Shown here piece after piece: positions 49,832 through 61,098 of a DNA stretch of 64,000 bases. The translations under genes were made by a program, and so were the position numbers. The notes below the pieces were generated by a model. The model did not search any database. It saw only the letters and a program-made list of their open reading frames with translations, and was not told the DNA's origin. How positions within the stretch are numbered: the first letter of the stretch is position 1; every line of letters starts with the position of its first letter. Source of the DNA: Leptolyngbyaceae cyanobacterium (GTDB lineage: Bacteria > Cyanobacteriota > Cyanobacteriia > Phormidesmidales > Phormidesmidaceae); assembly GCA_965263355.1 (NCBI GenBank), contig CBDHHL010000032.1, positions 320,001 through 384,000 on the forward strand. The letters are read 5' to 3'.

Positions 49832-50608
49832 ATGCTAGACCTGACTGGAAAAAATGCCCTGGTGACTGGTATTGCCAACAACCGTTCTATTGCCTGGGGA
49901 ATTGCCCAGCAACTAAGTAAGGCGGGTGCAAGTATCGGTGTGACCTATCTTCCCGATGAAAAGGGGCGGATGGAAAAGAAGGTCCGGGATTTAACAGCCC
50001 CTTTAAACCCGAGTCTGTTTTTACCCTGTAATGTGCAAAATGAGCAGCAGGTCCAGGCGACATTTGATGCTGTGAAAACGGATTGGGGCAAGTTGGATAT
50101 CCTGGTCCACTGTCTAGCCTTTGCGAATCGAGACGATCTGACAGGAGATTTTAGCAATACATCCCGTCAGGGTTTTCAAACTGCCCTGGATATAAGTGCC
50201 TACTCTCTGGTGAAACTGGCCCAGCAGGCTAAACCCTTGATGGTTGCTGGGGGCAGCATTGTTACGTTGACCTACCTTGGCGGGGTGCGAGTAGTGCCTA
50301 ATTACAATGTTATGGGCATTGCTAAGGCGGCTTTAGAGATGAATGTTCGTTATTTGGCGGCAGAGTTGGGGCCTGGAAATATCCGGGTGAATGGTATTTC
50401 TGCAGGACCGATTCGCACCTTGGCATCATCGGCAGTGGGCGGAATCCTAGATATGATTCACCATGTAGAAGAGGTTGCTCCTCTGCGGCGTACCGTTACC
50501 CAGGCGGAAGTAGGGAATGCAGCAACATTTCTATGTAGCGACTTAGCTTCAGGTGTAACCGGTCAAATTCTGTATGTTGACTCTGGTTATGAAATCATGG
50601 GAATGTAG
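49832..50608 (+). CDS. fabI: enoyl-ACP reductase
   Basis: TGIANNRSIAWGIA, YNVMGIAKAALE, ISAGPIRTLAS; divergent from ntcA. Confidence 0.97.
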   Translation: MLDLTGKNALVTGIANNRSIAWGIAQQLSKAGASIGVTYLPDEKGRMEKKVRDLTAPLNPSLFLPCNVQNEQQVQATFDAVKTDWGKLDILVHCLAFANRDDLTGDFSNTSRQGFQTALDISAYSLVKLAQQAKPLMVAGGSIVTLTYLGGVRVVPNYNVMGIAKAALEMNVRYLAAELGPGNIRVNGISAGPIRTLASSAVGGILDMIHHVEEVAPLRRTVTQAEVGNAATFLCSDLASGVTGQILYVDSGYEIMGM

Positions 50609-50651
50609 CTGCTTCTGTAACCGTTGATTTCTTGTATTGCCCATATTCCCC

Positions 50652-51101
50652 ATGGCAAATTGGCTTGAGCACAGCGTATATGTTGATGTGGAGGCTCCCA
50701 TAGAACTAGTTTGGGCGCTTTGGTCAGATTTAGAGCAGATGCCCCAATGGATGAAGTGGATTGATTCGGTTGAGCTGTTAGCAGATCAACCGGAGATGTC
50801 CCGTTGGAAGTTAGCGTCAGGTGTTTGGGAGTTTACATGGCTATCACGTACGGTAAAAGTGGTTCCCCACCAGATATTGCAGTGGGAATCAGTGGATGGG
50901 CTGCCCAATCGTGGTGCGATTCGATTTTATGGCCATCATCAAAGGAGCAGTACGGTCAAAATGACCCTTTCCTATTCGGTGCCAGTTGTCTTGGCACGGT
51001 TTATGGAAAGTGGTTGGCTACGGAAGATTGTAGACTCAACGTTGCAGGCTGATTTAGAGCGGTTTCGCCAAAAAGCTGAACAGTTGGCCAAGGTAACCTA
51101 G
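50652..51101 (+). CDS. SRPBCC / polyketide cyclase-dehydrase family protein
   Basis: WLEHSV, WSDLEQMPQWMKWI, QWESVDGLPNRG. Confidence 0.9.
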   Translation: MANWLEHSVYVDVEAPIELVWALWSDLEQMPQWMKWIDSVELLADQPEMSRWKLASGVWEFTWLSRTVKVVPHQILQWESVDGLPNRGAIRFYGHHQRSSTVKMTLSYSVPVVLARFMESGWLRKIVDSTLQADLERFRQKAEQLAKVT

Positions 51102-51158
51102 GGTTGCCCTGGGGCAACCCTAGATACCGCTGATGACTCTGGTGTTTTTTGGGCGATC

Positions 51159-53537
51159 ATGAGCTTCGACATGCAGCAGGCGGAGACATGTTTGCAGTCT
51201 CTAGATCTAGTGACATTGTTCAGGGAGGTGTTAGGTTGGTCTGCTCCGTTTGGGGGGCGTGCGATCTCGACTAGGGCCTTCAATCAATCCTATCGAGCCA
51301 ACTGTATCGCCCAGAGAGGTGATGTCAGAATTTGGGAAATTAAGTTGGCTATCCCTGCAAATCTGAGTCTAAAGCTCAAAAGCAGGTTGTATCAAACTAT
51401 TCATAAAAAGTTTCCGCACCCCCTCATTATTTTTATCGATCGCCAACGGTGTCGTAGCCTGTGGCATTGGAAAAGCAGAGCTAATTGCTTTCAATCACTC
51501 GTATTTATTAACCAACAGCCATTAGCAGGATGGCGTGCCCGCTTAGATTACCTGGCCGATTACAATCCCACATGGGGAGCAATAGATTTACAGCCAAAGC
51601 TGATTAACTGTGCTGAGTTTACCCAACAGTTACGGCAGCAGTTAGACCAGTTGGTTGCCAGCATTAATGGCATCAGCGATGGTGGTGATCGACGCTGGTA
51701 TGCAGCTGTGTTATTGCAGCGGTTAATGCTTATTTACCTGTTGCAACGGCGTGGACTATTGGATAACGATATATGGTATCTCCACAATCAACTGGGCAGT
51801 AGTCAGCAGCGACAGCCGGATACTTTTTTTCAGCAAGTGTTGCAACCTCTATTTACCCAGGGATTTTCATTGCCCGTTCTGGAGCGGCCTCGATCTATGA
51901 ACTGGATAGGGGCAGTTCCTTACTTAGGGGATGTATTTTATACCCATCCCTTAGAGCGACAGTATACTCATATAGACATTGCTGACGCACCGTTTGAATC
52001 AGTTCTAGTGTGGTTCGAGTCACCCCTATGGCAGCAAGTGAGCAACAGCTGGCAAGCAAGTACCGTGGGGGCAGCCTTTGAACAGGTGTTAACTGAGCAG
52101 CAACCTAATAATTGGGATGCCATCGAGGAAGGAATAGCAGGCGGCTGTGAGCGACTGCTCGATCAGTTTATGCTCCGTCAGCTTGGCATTGAACCCCAAC
52201 CCTCTGCACCTGATTTTTGGAATATTCTGTTTTGTGGACAGGCAGTTCACCTACGTCGGCTAGTGCAAACAATTCTGCCGCAGTTTTCCTTACTTGACCC
52301 CGCCTGCGGCACAGGCACACTCTTGATGGCCATGCAGTATCGGCTGGTTGATATTTACAGTGTACTGATTGGTCAACTAGCTCATTACCAAGACAGTCAA
52401 CTTGATATTTGGGTCAAAGGATTATACGCAGAGCACCCTTCTCTATTACAAACTATCTATCGGCGGATTTTCAAGTATGGTCTGTATGGTGTAGACATCA
52501 ACCCAATAGCTATTGATATAGCTCGTCTTCAGTTGCTTATGGGTTTAGTTACCATTGCCCAACAACCGCAGGATGTTGAACCGTTACCAAGCCTTGATTT
52601 TAATATTGTTTCTGGTGATAGCCTCGTAGGACTTATTCGTGTAGATGAGTCTGGCTTTGACCGATTGCCAGCTTCAGAGACGCTACTTCAAGGTAATCTG
52701 CTACAACCGTTGGCAGCTGAAAACTATCACACCATTCTCTCAGAAAAAAACATTGCCCTTGAACACTACCGCTCACGATTTAATCTGTTGGAGGAGTTAA
52801 GGCAAGATATTCCCCACTATGCACAATTAGAATTTTTCCGAGAGCAAATTAATTGTTTGGACAGTAAGGCCCAGGCCAAACTTAATGAACTACTACTGTC
52901 GGAGTTTAGTCAAACCCTGGGGATTCAATTTAGGGAAGCTCAACTAGTTACTGCTCCCCGACGAAGGTTGTTACTAGTTGAAGACCTTAAAATTTTGCAA
53001 CCGTTTCATTGGGGATATCACTTTAGCCACATTTTAGAACAGGCAGGTGGTTTTAATTTGGTTTTATCAAGGCCTCCCCAAGGGGTATTTCGGCCTACTC
53101 CCCAAGAATTTTTTCAGCGATTTTTTGACTTGGCCAGTCGAAAGAATATTGATCTTCGTACATTCAAAACGGCCAAGCGTTCGTTACTTAATGCTGATTC
53201 TGAAATTGCCAGTGCTTGGTTATTCTATCAAAGTCAATATTCTTTGTTGACTGACTATTTTTATCGTTCTCCCCAGTACGAGCACCAAAGCCCCTTGCTC
53301 CAGGGCAAACGTCAACGAACTCAGCTACGACGACACTGGCTCTTTATTGAACGATGTTTTCATCTCTTGGCACCCCATGGCGTTTGTGGCTTGATAACCT
53401 CTAATGACATTAAAGAGAGCCCTAGGGGTGTGGCTCTACGCAGCTTGTTAGATAACCACACTGAGGGAGAGATAATGGATTTATGCTATTTAGACCCCTC
53501 TAGTGACCAATGTTTTCTTTGGTTTTGTAAAACGTGA
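51159..53537 (+). CDS. Eco57I/type IIG-like DNA methyltransferase homolog with degenerate catalytic motif
   Basis: LLDPACGTG motif I, LYGVDIN, PLPSLDFNIVSGDSL, PFHWGYHF..GGF, but SRPPQ in place of NPP(Y/W). Confidence 0.75.
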   Translation: MSFDMQQAETCLQSLDLVTLFREVLGWSAPFGGRAISTRAFNQSYRANCIAQRGDVRIWEIKLAIPANLSLKLKSRLYQTIHKKFPHPLIIFIDRQRCRSLWHWKSRANCFQSLVFINQQPLAGWRARLDYLADYNPTWGAIDLQPKLINCAEFTQQLRQQLDQLVASINGISDGGDRRWYAAVLLQRLMLIYLLQRRGLLDNDIWYLHNQLGSSQQRQPDTFFQQVLQPLFTQGFSLPVLERPRSMNWIGAVPYLGDVFYTHPLERQYTHIDIADAPFESVLVWFESPLWQQVSNSWQASTVGAAFEQVLTEQQPNNWDAIEEGIAGGCERLLDQFMLRQLGIEPQPSAPDFWNILFCGQAVHLRRLVQTILPQFSLLDPACGTGTLLMAMQYRLVDIYSVLIGQLAHYQDSQLDIWVKGLYAEHPSLLQTIYRRIFKYGLYGVDINPIAIDIARLQLLMGLVTIAQQPQDVEPLPSLDFNIVSGDSLVGLIRVDESGFDRLPASETLLQGNLLQPLAAENYHTILSEKNIALEHYRSRFNLLEELRQDIPHYAQLEFFREQINCLDSKAQAKLNELLLSEFSQTLGIQFREAQLVTAPRRRLLLVEDLKILQPFHWGYHFSHILEQAGGFNLVLSRPPQGVFRPTPQEFFQRFFDLASRKNIDLRTFKTAKRSLLNADSEIASAWLFYQSQYSLLTDYFYRSPQYEHQSPLLQGKRQRTQLRRHWLFIERCFHLLAPHGVCGLITSNDIKESPRGVALRSLLDNHTEGEIMDLCYLDPSSDQCFLWFCKT

Positions 53538-53621
53538 TGAGGAAATTGCTTTAAATCACATCCAAGTTAAAATCTGTAGAGTCTTCACCAGAAAAACTTT
53601 AGTTCTAGACGTGAGTAAGGT

Positions 53622-54065
53622 TTACTTTGAATAGTCAATAGCTAACCCTAAATCTTTCTCTAAGGTCAAGCAGTTACGACCATCGCCTACCCTCAGTTGG
53701 TAATCAACGCGATCCATTAACTGATGTAAAATCAGCCAACCATAGCCTCCTTCTTGAGGAACCTTTGGATTCGGCGCTTGATAGGTTCTGATATCAAAGC
53801 CATGCCCCTCATCCCAAACTTCTAAAGAGAGGAAACTACCTTCCAATCCAAGACGTAAAACAACAGGAATATCAGGACGATCTTGATGGGCGTGGCGAAC
53901 AACATTGGAATAGACTTCGACGATGACTAACCGCAGTCGACTTTCGACTTTTTTCCAATCGAGATCCCTATCGGTGCCGATTTCAGCCTTGAGTGAACTG
54001 AGTAGCCAATCTTCTACCACCGCTAAAAACTTTAAATCACTGGGGATAGCAAGTTCAGTTTTCAT
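53622..54065 (-). CDS. RsbW-like anti-sigma factor / serine kinase
   Basis: EVYSNVVRHA, EVWDEGHGFD, EGGYGW HATPase boxes. Confidence 0.88.
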   Translation of the reverse strand: MKTELAIPSDLKFLAVVEDWLLSSLKAEIGTDRDLDWKKVESRLRLVIVEVYSNVVRHAHQDRPDIPVVLRLGLEGSFLSLEVWDEGHGFDIRTYQAPNPKVPQEGGYGWLILHQLMDRVDYQLRVGDGRNCLTLEKDLGLAIDYSK

Positions 54066-54068
54066 AAA

Positions 54069-55703
54069 TTAAAACGCTACCTCCAAAGACAAGATAGTTT
54101 GATCGTCATGCTGTTCGTTACTTGCGGTATTTAGCCGGACTAGTAAATTCTCCAGGTCTAACCCATTGGTTTGTTCTAGGATTAGTTGCCACAAGCCGAC
54201 CTCGTGTAGCATGGTTTGCTGGCCATCGATAGTCACTAATGCTTCAGTAATGCCATCGCTGGCTAATAGAAGAGCATCCCCTTTGTTCAGTTGTAGACAG
54301 CCCGGTTGAGTTCGCCATTTAGATAAAATTCCTAGGGGAACATTATTACCCTCCTTTAGATAAGTAGGCTGAGGGAGGGGAGCAGTTCCTTTTGTAAGTT
54401 CTTTTTGTGACCAAACTACCGGGTAAATATGACCTGCGTTGGCATAGGTCAATTTTTGACTGGTGGGACTATATCTCACCAGCACCATAGTAATCATGTG
54501 TTCGTTATTAACCAGATCCGAATGCAGAGCCTGGTTGAGATTAGTCATGACTGTTTCAGGCCCTGGTGGTTCGCTAGCCGATAGTTCTCGCCGTAATAAA
54601 GAGATGGCGCTAGCCATAAATAGAGCAGCAGGGACGCCTTTTCCGGAAACGTCTCCTACGGCTAACCAAATATCACCCTGGGGATGGATAAAAACGTCAT
54701 AAAAATCTCCGCCGACCTCTCTAGCGGCTTGACATTTTGCTTGAATCTTGATTCCAGGGATCTTAGGCCAAACTTGATGAAGCAACTTATGCTGGATTTG
54801 CCTTGCCACTTCCAGTTCAGTGCGCATTTGTTCGGTTTGTCGTTGGATATGGTGGTGAAGTTTGGCATGGGAAATGGCCATGACCACCTGCTCAGCAATG
54901 CTATTAAATAAGGTGACTGTGTTGTTATCCCAGGTGTTGTCAATCTGATATAGGGCGATGGAGGCTAAGGGCTGATCGCGATACGTAAACTTGGCAGCTA
55001 AACGCATCAAAGATTTATCTCCGTAAGGAAATCTATCTAGAATGATGTCTTTGCAAGGGACTCCTGATTCTGCCAAGGTAGTCACTGGGGCTCCTGACTT
55101 CGAGTAAGTTACAGGTTGTGGTGATTCCCCAACTGTGACTGAATCCACCGGATATAAGACGGCGTAATCTGCTTCAAATGCTTGACCTAGCGCTTCTACC
55201 ACTGTCTGTAGAGTGCTAGCGTAATCCAATGAGCGACGAATCGTTGTGGTGATTGAGTTGTATAGCGATTCTTTTTTAAGAGATTGAGATAGGGCACGGG
55301 TGCGCTGCTTAACGATGCGATAGGTATTAGCAGCTTGGTCAATTACCTGTCTCAGTTCATTGGGTTTCCAGGGCTTTGTAATGTACTTAAAGACTTTTCC
55401 TGAATTAATTGCATCCACCAAGTCTTCGACATCGGTATAGCCAGTCAGGACGATGCGGATAGTATCAGGATAGGTTTCGGTGGTAAGGCTCAAAAATTCT
55501 GTGCCGTTCATTTTAGGCATGCGTTGGTCAGAAATGATAATTGCCATTTCGCCATGCTTTTCAAGACAATCTAGTGCGTCTTGACCGCTGCTTGCTCGAT
55601 AGACACGATAGTTGCGCCTAAATGTACGGTGTAGTAGTTCCAAATTGTCGAGTTCATCGTCGACAACTAAGAGTTTGAGCTGTTCATGAGTGATAGAACT
55701 CAT
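54069..55703 (-). CDS. REC-GAF-SpoIIE (RsbU-like PP2C) phosphatase
   Basis: N-terminal REC (ISDQRMP), VGGDFYD, GDVSGKGVPAALFM, YANAGH, SDGITEA, DDQT. Confidence 0.93.
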   Translation of the reverse strand: MSSITHEQLKLLVVDDELDNLELLHRTFRRNYRVYRASSGQDALDCLEKHGEMAIIISDQRMPKMNGTEFLSLTTETYPDTIRIVLTGYTDVEDLVDAINSGKVFKYITKPWKPNELRQVIDQAANTYRIVKQRTRALSQSLKKESLYNSITTTIRRSLDYASTLQTVVEALGQAFEADYAVLYPVDSVTVGESPQPVTYSKSGAPVTTLAESGVPCKDIILDRFPYGDKSLMRLAAKFTYRDQPLASIALYQIDNTWDNNTVTLFNSIAEQVVMAISHAKLHHHIQRQTEQMRTELEVARQIQHKLLHQVWPKIPGIKIQAKCQAAREVGGDFYDVFIHPQGDIWLAVGDVSGKGVPAALFMASAISLLRRELSASEPPGPETVMTNLNQALHSDLVNNEHMITMVLVRYSPTSQKLTYANAGHIYPVVWSQKELTKGTAPLPQPTYLKEGNNVPLGILSKWRTQPGCLQLNKGDALLLASDGITEALVTIDGQQTMLHEVGLWQLILEQTNGLDLENLLVRLNTASNEQHDDQTILSLEVAF

Positions 55704-55867
55704 ATAATCCTGCGGGATATGTGATTTTTGGGCATATTGGGGTCAACCTAGAAAAGATAATCACCCATTCACCCGTATTTATTTACCAGTCAATCTTAGT
55801 GTGCCCAGGGAGATACCTGGAAAACTGTGACTATTTCAATCAAATTTGATGCTTTGTCCAGTAAAAA

Positions 55868-56824
55868 ATGGACGCTAGCACGACTTTAAACTATGGTCTA
55901 CCTAGAGATTTTTGCTGTTTGTTAAGAGCAATGGCTATGTTTCGCTACGCTTATCAACATGGGGCCATAGGTCTGGCTATCGCTTTTTCCCTCTGGGCTG
56001 GAGCCGGGCTGCAGGCCTATGGTCAATCATCGGACAATGCTGTAACTGATGGGCTGGCAAAGTTAGATCGAGCGATTTGTTTGCAACAGTGGCAACAGGC
56101 AATTGATATTATCAGCGGTCTGATTGCTTCTTCAAATGTGTCGTCAAATTATCGTCAAGAGCTTCTGAATTTTAGACGACAGTTACAAGCATGGCAAATA
56201 AGTTCAATGCCACCGAATGTTCAGTCTATTTGCGATCGCACCCTCCCCCTGGTCCTTACCCTAGCTGAACCGGAAACTCCTCCACCCAAGCCTTTGGATT
56301 GGAACCGTGCCTTGGCGATGTTGGCTAATCCTCGCCCCATTATTCAGTTAGACGATAATTTTGAGCCAACAGATAATTTAATTCCCCCCGAGCTATTGAC
56401 GAGTAGTCCAGAGGTATTGGCGGCATTTGCCACACCTATCGATACCCTAGATGGCTTTAGCGTAGTGGGCAATAGTATCAACAGACGACAGCAGGTTTAT
56501 AGTTTTTTAGCTCGCATGGGTGACCGAGTGTCGCTAGAAGTGGATGTTACCCGAGTGCATATGAGCGGTAATCCACAGTTGCTTGTGTTTGATCAAAGCG
56601 GAGGATTGCTGGCTGAAAGCGAGCCAACTGGGCTACAGACCTCCATTCAGAACTTGGTGATGCCTAAAACCGATGTCTATTTTGTCGCCGTAAATCCCCA
56701 AGGAAGTACCCCTGTTTTAGACATCCAGGGGCAAATTGTAGACTGGCAAACCTCTGGCAATACAAGCTTTGACTATACCCTTACTCTGACTGGTGTAACC
56801 CCATATCAGGCGTTAATGCCCTAA
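55868..56824 (+). CDS. secreted hypothetical protein with PPC-like C-terminal domain
   Basis: Signal-like segment; YSFLARMGDRVSLEV..PQLLVFDQSG..YFVAV pattern. Confidence 0.65.
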   Translation: MDASTTLNYGLPRDFCCLLRAMAMFRYAYQHGAIGLAIAFSLWAGAGLQAYGQSSDNAVTDGLAKLDRAICLQQWQQAIDIISGLIASSNVSSNYRQELLNFRRQLQAWQISSMPPNVQSICDRTLPLVLTLAEPETPPPKPLDWNRALAMLANPRPIIQLDDNFEPTDNLIPPELLTSSPEVLAAFATPIDTLDGFSVVGNSINRRQQVYSFLARMGDRVSLEVDVTRVHMSGNPQLLVFDQSGGLLAESEPTGLQTSIQNLVMPKTDVYFVAVNPQGSTPVLDIQGQIVDWQTSGNTSFDYTLTLTGVTPYQALMP

Positions 56825-56829
56825 GGTGA

Positions 56830-57711
56830 TTAAGTTTCAGTTAAAATTCGTTCTGCGAGTCGTAGTTTTGCCGAACGGGCCCTAGGATTTTGCCTGACTT
56901 CTTCTGAGCTAGCCATAATGGGCTTTTTGGTGAGCACTTTAAGGTCTCCATGGTTGCGCAATCCATGTTTGACCAGACGGTCCTCAAGGCTGTGAAAACT
57001 AATAATCGCTAACCTACCAGTGGGGGCTAGCCAGCTAGGTGCCACCTCAATCAGCTGTTCTAGGACATCTAGCTCCCGGTTAACGGCTATGCGAAGAGCC
57101 TGAAAGACACGGGTAGCCGGATGAATACGACCATGGCGATATTTGCTAGGGACGCTAGCTGCGATCGCATCAGCCAGGGCTGTTGTCGTTTGGAATGGGC
57201 GACCTTCTACAATACGTCGAGCTATGCGGCGAGAAAGGCGTTCTTCACCATAATGATAAAAAATATCTGCCAGTTCACGCTCTGACCTATGGTTCACTAA
57301 ATCAGCTGCCGTTAGTGTTTGGGTCGGATTCATCCGCATATCCAGTGCTCCCGGATGGCGGAAGCTAAACCCCCGCTCAGGACAGTCCAATTGAGGAGAA
57401 CTTACCCCCAAATCTGCTAGCACCCCATCAAAGCGCTGGTTAGGAGTGACAAACTCCGCAAAGTTACCATGCCAAAAGGTAACACGGTCACCAAACTCCG
57501 CTAAATTTTGCTGTGCAGCCGTCAATGCCAACGGATCTTGATCCAGGGCTATTAGATGAGTCGTTGGCTCAGTTTTCAGAATCAGGCGACTATGCCCCCC
57601 TCCCCCCACCGTGGCATCAAGATAGTACCCATGCGGTTTAGGCGCTAAACCTGTTAATACCTGCTCCGCTAGCACCGGCTGATGGGCAAAGTTGGTTGGC
57701 GAATTAGTCAT
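56830..57711 (-). CDS. rsmH: 16S rRNA (cytosine1402-N4)-methyltransferase
   Basis: [57 protein letters not shown]. Confidence 0.97.
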   Translation of the reverse strand: MTNSPTNFAHQPVLAEQVLTGLAPKPHGYYLDATVGGGGHSRLILKTEPTTHLIALDQDPLALTAAQQNLAEFGDRVTFWHGNFAEFVTPNQRFDGVLADLGVSSPQLDCPERGFSFRHPGALDMRMNPTQTLTAADLVNHRSERELADIFYHYGEERLSRRIARRIVEGRPFQTTTALADAIAASVPSKYRHGRIHPATRVFQALRIAVNRELDVLEQLIEVAPSWLAPTGRLAIISFHSLEDRLVKHGLRNHGDLKVLTKKPIMASSEEVRQNPRARSAKLRLAERILTET

Positions 57712-57868
57712 ATCATCAGCCCCGGCATTACTAACACACCTCGTTGAAATCAAAATCGCATCATACTCTAGTTAGCTCTTTAGTTAGTTCTTTGGCCAGC
57801 TTTCAGCGAAGAATCTTGCTAGAATTCTAGGGCGAATAAGCATCAGAGAATAATACGGCATAGTTTCT

Positions 57869-59053
57869 ATGACACGGCTCGAAACCAGAACAGAGCCCAT
57901 GGTAATAAACCTGGGCCCTCACCATCCTTCAATGCACGGTGTGCTGCGACTCATCGTTACCCTTGATGGTGAGGACGTGATTGATTGTGAGCCTGTGATT
58001 GGCTACCTTCATCGCGGCATGGAAAAAATTGCCGAGAACCGTACAAATGTTATGTTTGTGCCTTATGTTAGCCGCTGGGATTACGCAGCAGGCATGTTCA
58101 ATGAGGCAATCACTGTTAATGCTCCAGAAAAGCTAGCTGATATCGAAGTACCTAAACGTGCCAGCTATATTCGGGTGATTATGCTGGAGTTGAATCGCAT
58201 TGCGAATCATCTGCTGTGGTTAGGGCCTTTCTTAGCTGACGTTGGTGCCCAGACACCCTTTTTCTACATTTTCCGTGAGCGAGAAATGATTTATGACCTG
58301 TGGGAAGCTGCTACAGGAGCAAGATTAATCAATAATAACTACTTCCGCATTGGTGGTGTAGCTGCCGACCTACCCTACGGTTGGGTCGATAAATGTGCAG
58401 ATTTTTGCGATTACTTTTTGCCAAAGGTTGATGAGTACGAAAAACTGATCACCAATAATCCAATTTTCCGCCGTCGGGTAGAGGGTGTGGGCACAATTAC
58501 CCGAGCAGATGCCATTAACTGGGGCCTTTCAGGGCCTATGCTACGGGGCTCCGGAGTGAAGTGGGATTTACGTAAAGTCGATCATTATGAGTGTTACGAC
58601 GACTTTGACTGGGATGTACAGTGGGAAACGGCTGGAGATTGTTTTGCCCGCTACATTGTCCGTGTTCGTGAAATGCGGGAATCGGTAAAAATTATTCGCC
58701 AGGCCCTAAAAGGCTTGCCGGGCGGTCCCTATGAAAATCTTGAAGCGAAGCGAATGGCAGAGGGGCCAAAATCCGACTGGAATGGGTTTGACTATCAATT
58801 TATTGGCAAAAAAATTGCCCCCACCTTCAAAATTCCAGCCGGTGAACATTATGTTCGTCTAGAAAGTGGCAAGGGTGAATTAGGTATTTTTATTGTTGGT
58901 GATAACAGTATTTACCCTTGGCGTTGGAAGATTCGGGCTCCTGATTTTAATAACCTTCAGATTTTGCCTAATTTGCTGCGAGGCGTAAAGCTTGCAGACA
59001 TTATGGCGATTCTGGGAAGTATTGATGTGATTATGGGCTCAGTTGATCGATAA
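57869..59053 (+). CDS. ndhH: NAD(P)H-quinone oxidoreductase subunit H
   Basis: [32 protein letters not shown]. Confidence 0.98.
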   Translation: MTRLETRTEPMVINLGPHHPSMHGVLRLIVTLDGEDVIDCEPVIGYLHRGMEKIAENRTNVMFVPYVSRWDYAAGMFNEAITVNAPEKLADIEVPKRASYIRVIMLELNRIANHLLWLGPFLADVGAQTPFFYIFREREMIYDLWEAATGARLINNNYFRIGGVAADLPYGWVDKCADFCDYFLPKVDEYEKLITNNPIFRRRVEGVGTITRADAINWGLSGPMLRGSGVKWDLRKVDHYECYDDFDWDVQWETAGDCFARYIVRVREMRESVKIIRQALKGLPGGPYENLEAKRMAEGPKSDWNGFDYQFIGKKIAPTFKIPAGEHYVRLESGKGELGIFIVGDNSIYPWRWKIRAPDFNNLQILPNLLRGVKLADIMAILGSIDVIMGSVDR

Positions 59054-59061
59054 CTATTAAC

Positions 59062-59814
59062 TTACTTTGAGCTACTTGACTCATCATCAATATTACAGTC
59101 TGTTACCTGATTAACTGAGTTGATATAGCCTTCATGGGCAGTGGAGCCATCAGGATAGGTCACAAAGGCCATATCAGCCTGATCAAACCGAGTGCTTCTA
59201 GTAATGGCATTGTACATATCGGCATAGCGCATATAGGCTTGGCTAAAATTAGCCCCGCTCATATCGGCTGCCCTTAGGATCGTGCCATAGAGACTAGCGC
59301 TTTGAAAGTTGCTATTGACTAACCGTGCTGAACAAAGGTTGGCATCTCGCAATTCAGCGTTGGTTAGGTCGGCCCGCTCAAGATTGGTATATTCCAAGGT
59401 TCCTTGGAGAATCTTGGCGTTGCGTAGATTAGCCCGCACTAAACTGGCTTCCTCTAAATCGGCCCCTCGCATATTGGTGTAGCTTAAATCCGCTTCATCC
59501 AGTTTGGCTTCGCGAAAAATAGTGTTAATCAAGAGGCTGTTGCTAAAATTGGCTCCCCGTAAGTCGGAGCCAAAGAAGTTGGCTCGACTGAGGTCTTGAT
59601 TGCTAAAGTCTTTGCCTCGTAGGTCACAGCTAACACAGGTGTAGTTTGGATGCTGTGGATCAGTCATCGCATCCAATGAATTGCCACGTTGAGTGATGGC
59701 TGCAGCTGAATCACTTGCGCTTGATAGCGCCTTATTGACCCGTGGCAATCGCAGCAGCAGCGGAGCCATAGCGGCAGATACAATCAACAGGGTTAGCAGA
59801 AAATTTAGCTTCAT
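59062..59814 (-). CDS. pentapeptide repeat protein with N-terminal signal/anchor
   Basis: CVSCDL followed by A(D/N)Lxx repeats. Confidence 0.9.
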   Translation of the reverse strand: MKLNFLLTLLIVSAAMAPLLLRLPRVNKALSSASDSAAAITQRGNSLDAMTDPQHPNYTCVSCDLRGKDFSNQDLSRANFFGSDLRGANFSNSLLINTIFREAKLDEADLSYTNMRGADLEEASLVRANLRNAKILQGTLEYTNLERADLTNAELRDANLCSARLVNSNFQSASLYGTILRAADMSGANFSQAYMRYADMYNAITRSTRFDQADMAFVTYPDGSTAHEGYINSVNQVTDCNIDDESSSSK

Positions 59815-60213
59815 AGGCTTTGCACTGTCGATAATGAAGAAAAAAATATCTAAAAGAATAGAGATCTAGAACTTGAGTAGGCTCCCAAATAAGAATAAAG
59901 CTTCTACCATTTATACCTGTCCTACTCAAATGGACGCATAACAGAACAGTCCGTCCATTGACATATGTTTTACCTATCTAATAATCAAAAAAGAATAGTT
60001 TTAGTTATAACTTATCCTATGTTCGGATTGATACCCTGATATTGATTTCTGTTCCATCTAAGCTTCTGCACCTCTATAAGATGTTTGAAGCTAAATGGAT
60101 TTGTTCTCTGGCTTTCTTAAACTGCCTCCTGACGTTGATGGTTTTGGATGGATTGTTTAAGGGGGCCATAGAGGCGCTAACTAAACCTTACGTTATTATT
60201 CACTGATTACAGA

Positions 60214-61014
60214 TTGAATTCCATGGGCTCATCTCCCTTCCGTAGCATTTTCTTACCATCGTTAGTGTCATCGGGATTAGCATTTATCGTTATAACGTTA
60301 CCGTTATCAATGGCTAATTCCGTACCCACTTGGGTGGCCCCTAGGCAATCTCGGGGTGATCTAGTGAGTCCTCTGGACAATTCCGCTAAACCAATTATCC
60401 GTTACATTGGCATTGCAATCCTTGGCAGTGTAGGAACTGGCATGATAACGGCAGATATACTGAGGCGCATTTATCGACGACAACGTGCCTTATCTGCAGT
60501 ACCTACTCCCTTTGATGCTGCCATTGGTGAACCGACTGTTCAGGCGCAACAATTGTCGACTAGCTTTGATGAATCAGCGCCATCTTCTATTGGATTAGGT
60601 AGTTCAATGACATTGAATGGGCAGAGTTTTTTAGCAACACAACTCGCCCCAGGACAAACGGTTGTTCATTTTAGAGGATATACCCAAAATGGTCGTGTAG
60701 ATGGTTTGGAGTTGACACCAATAACATTGGATGACTTGATTCAGCTAGATGCTGATGTGCCTGATATTGATATTCCTATCCTGACGTTTTTAGAGCAGGT
60801 AGAGCCGACACATTTAGATACTGGTAATGCCATGGTGTTTGGTGTACGTTATCAAAATAAGTACTACTGTCTATGGCGCAGTACATCAGACTTAGATCAA
60901 GTAATGGGATGGGCACGACGCCTGATTCGGCAGCATAGAGATGTGATTGTGACTCAGCAACAACATGAGGCGCAGTATTCACTTTGGTATGTTCCACCTA
61001 AACATCTAAGATGA
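60214..61014 (+). CDS. hypothetical membrane protein
   Basis: 266-aa ORF with two hydrophobic segments; no recognised family. Confidence 0.65.
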   Translation: MNSMGSSPFRSIFLPSLVSSGLAFIVITLPLSMANSVPTWVAPRQSRGDLVSPLDNSAKPIIRYIGIAILGSVGTGMITADILRRIYRRQRALSAVPTPFDAAIGEPTVQAQQLSTSFDESAPSSIGLGSSMTLNGQSFLATQLAPGQTVVHFRGYTQNGRVDGLELTPITLDDLIQLDADVPDIDIPILTFLEQVEPTHLDTGNAMVFGVRYQNKYYCLWRSTSDLDQVMGWARRLIRQHRDVIVTQQQHEAQYSLWYVPPKHLR

Positions 61015-61098
61015 CTTGAATACCGATCTGATCAAGGCAAGTATGATAAGCCACCGCATTTACTTATTTATTTATTTGTTTTTTATAGCTAAAGAAAA

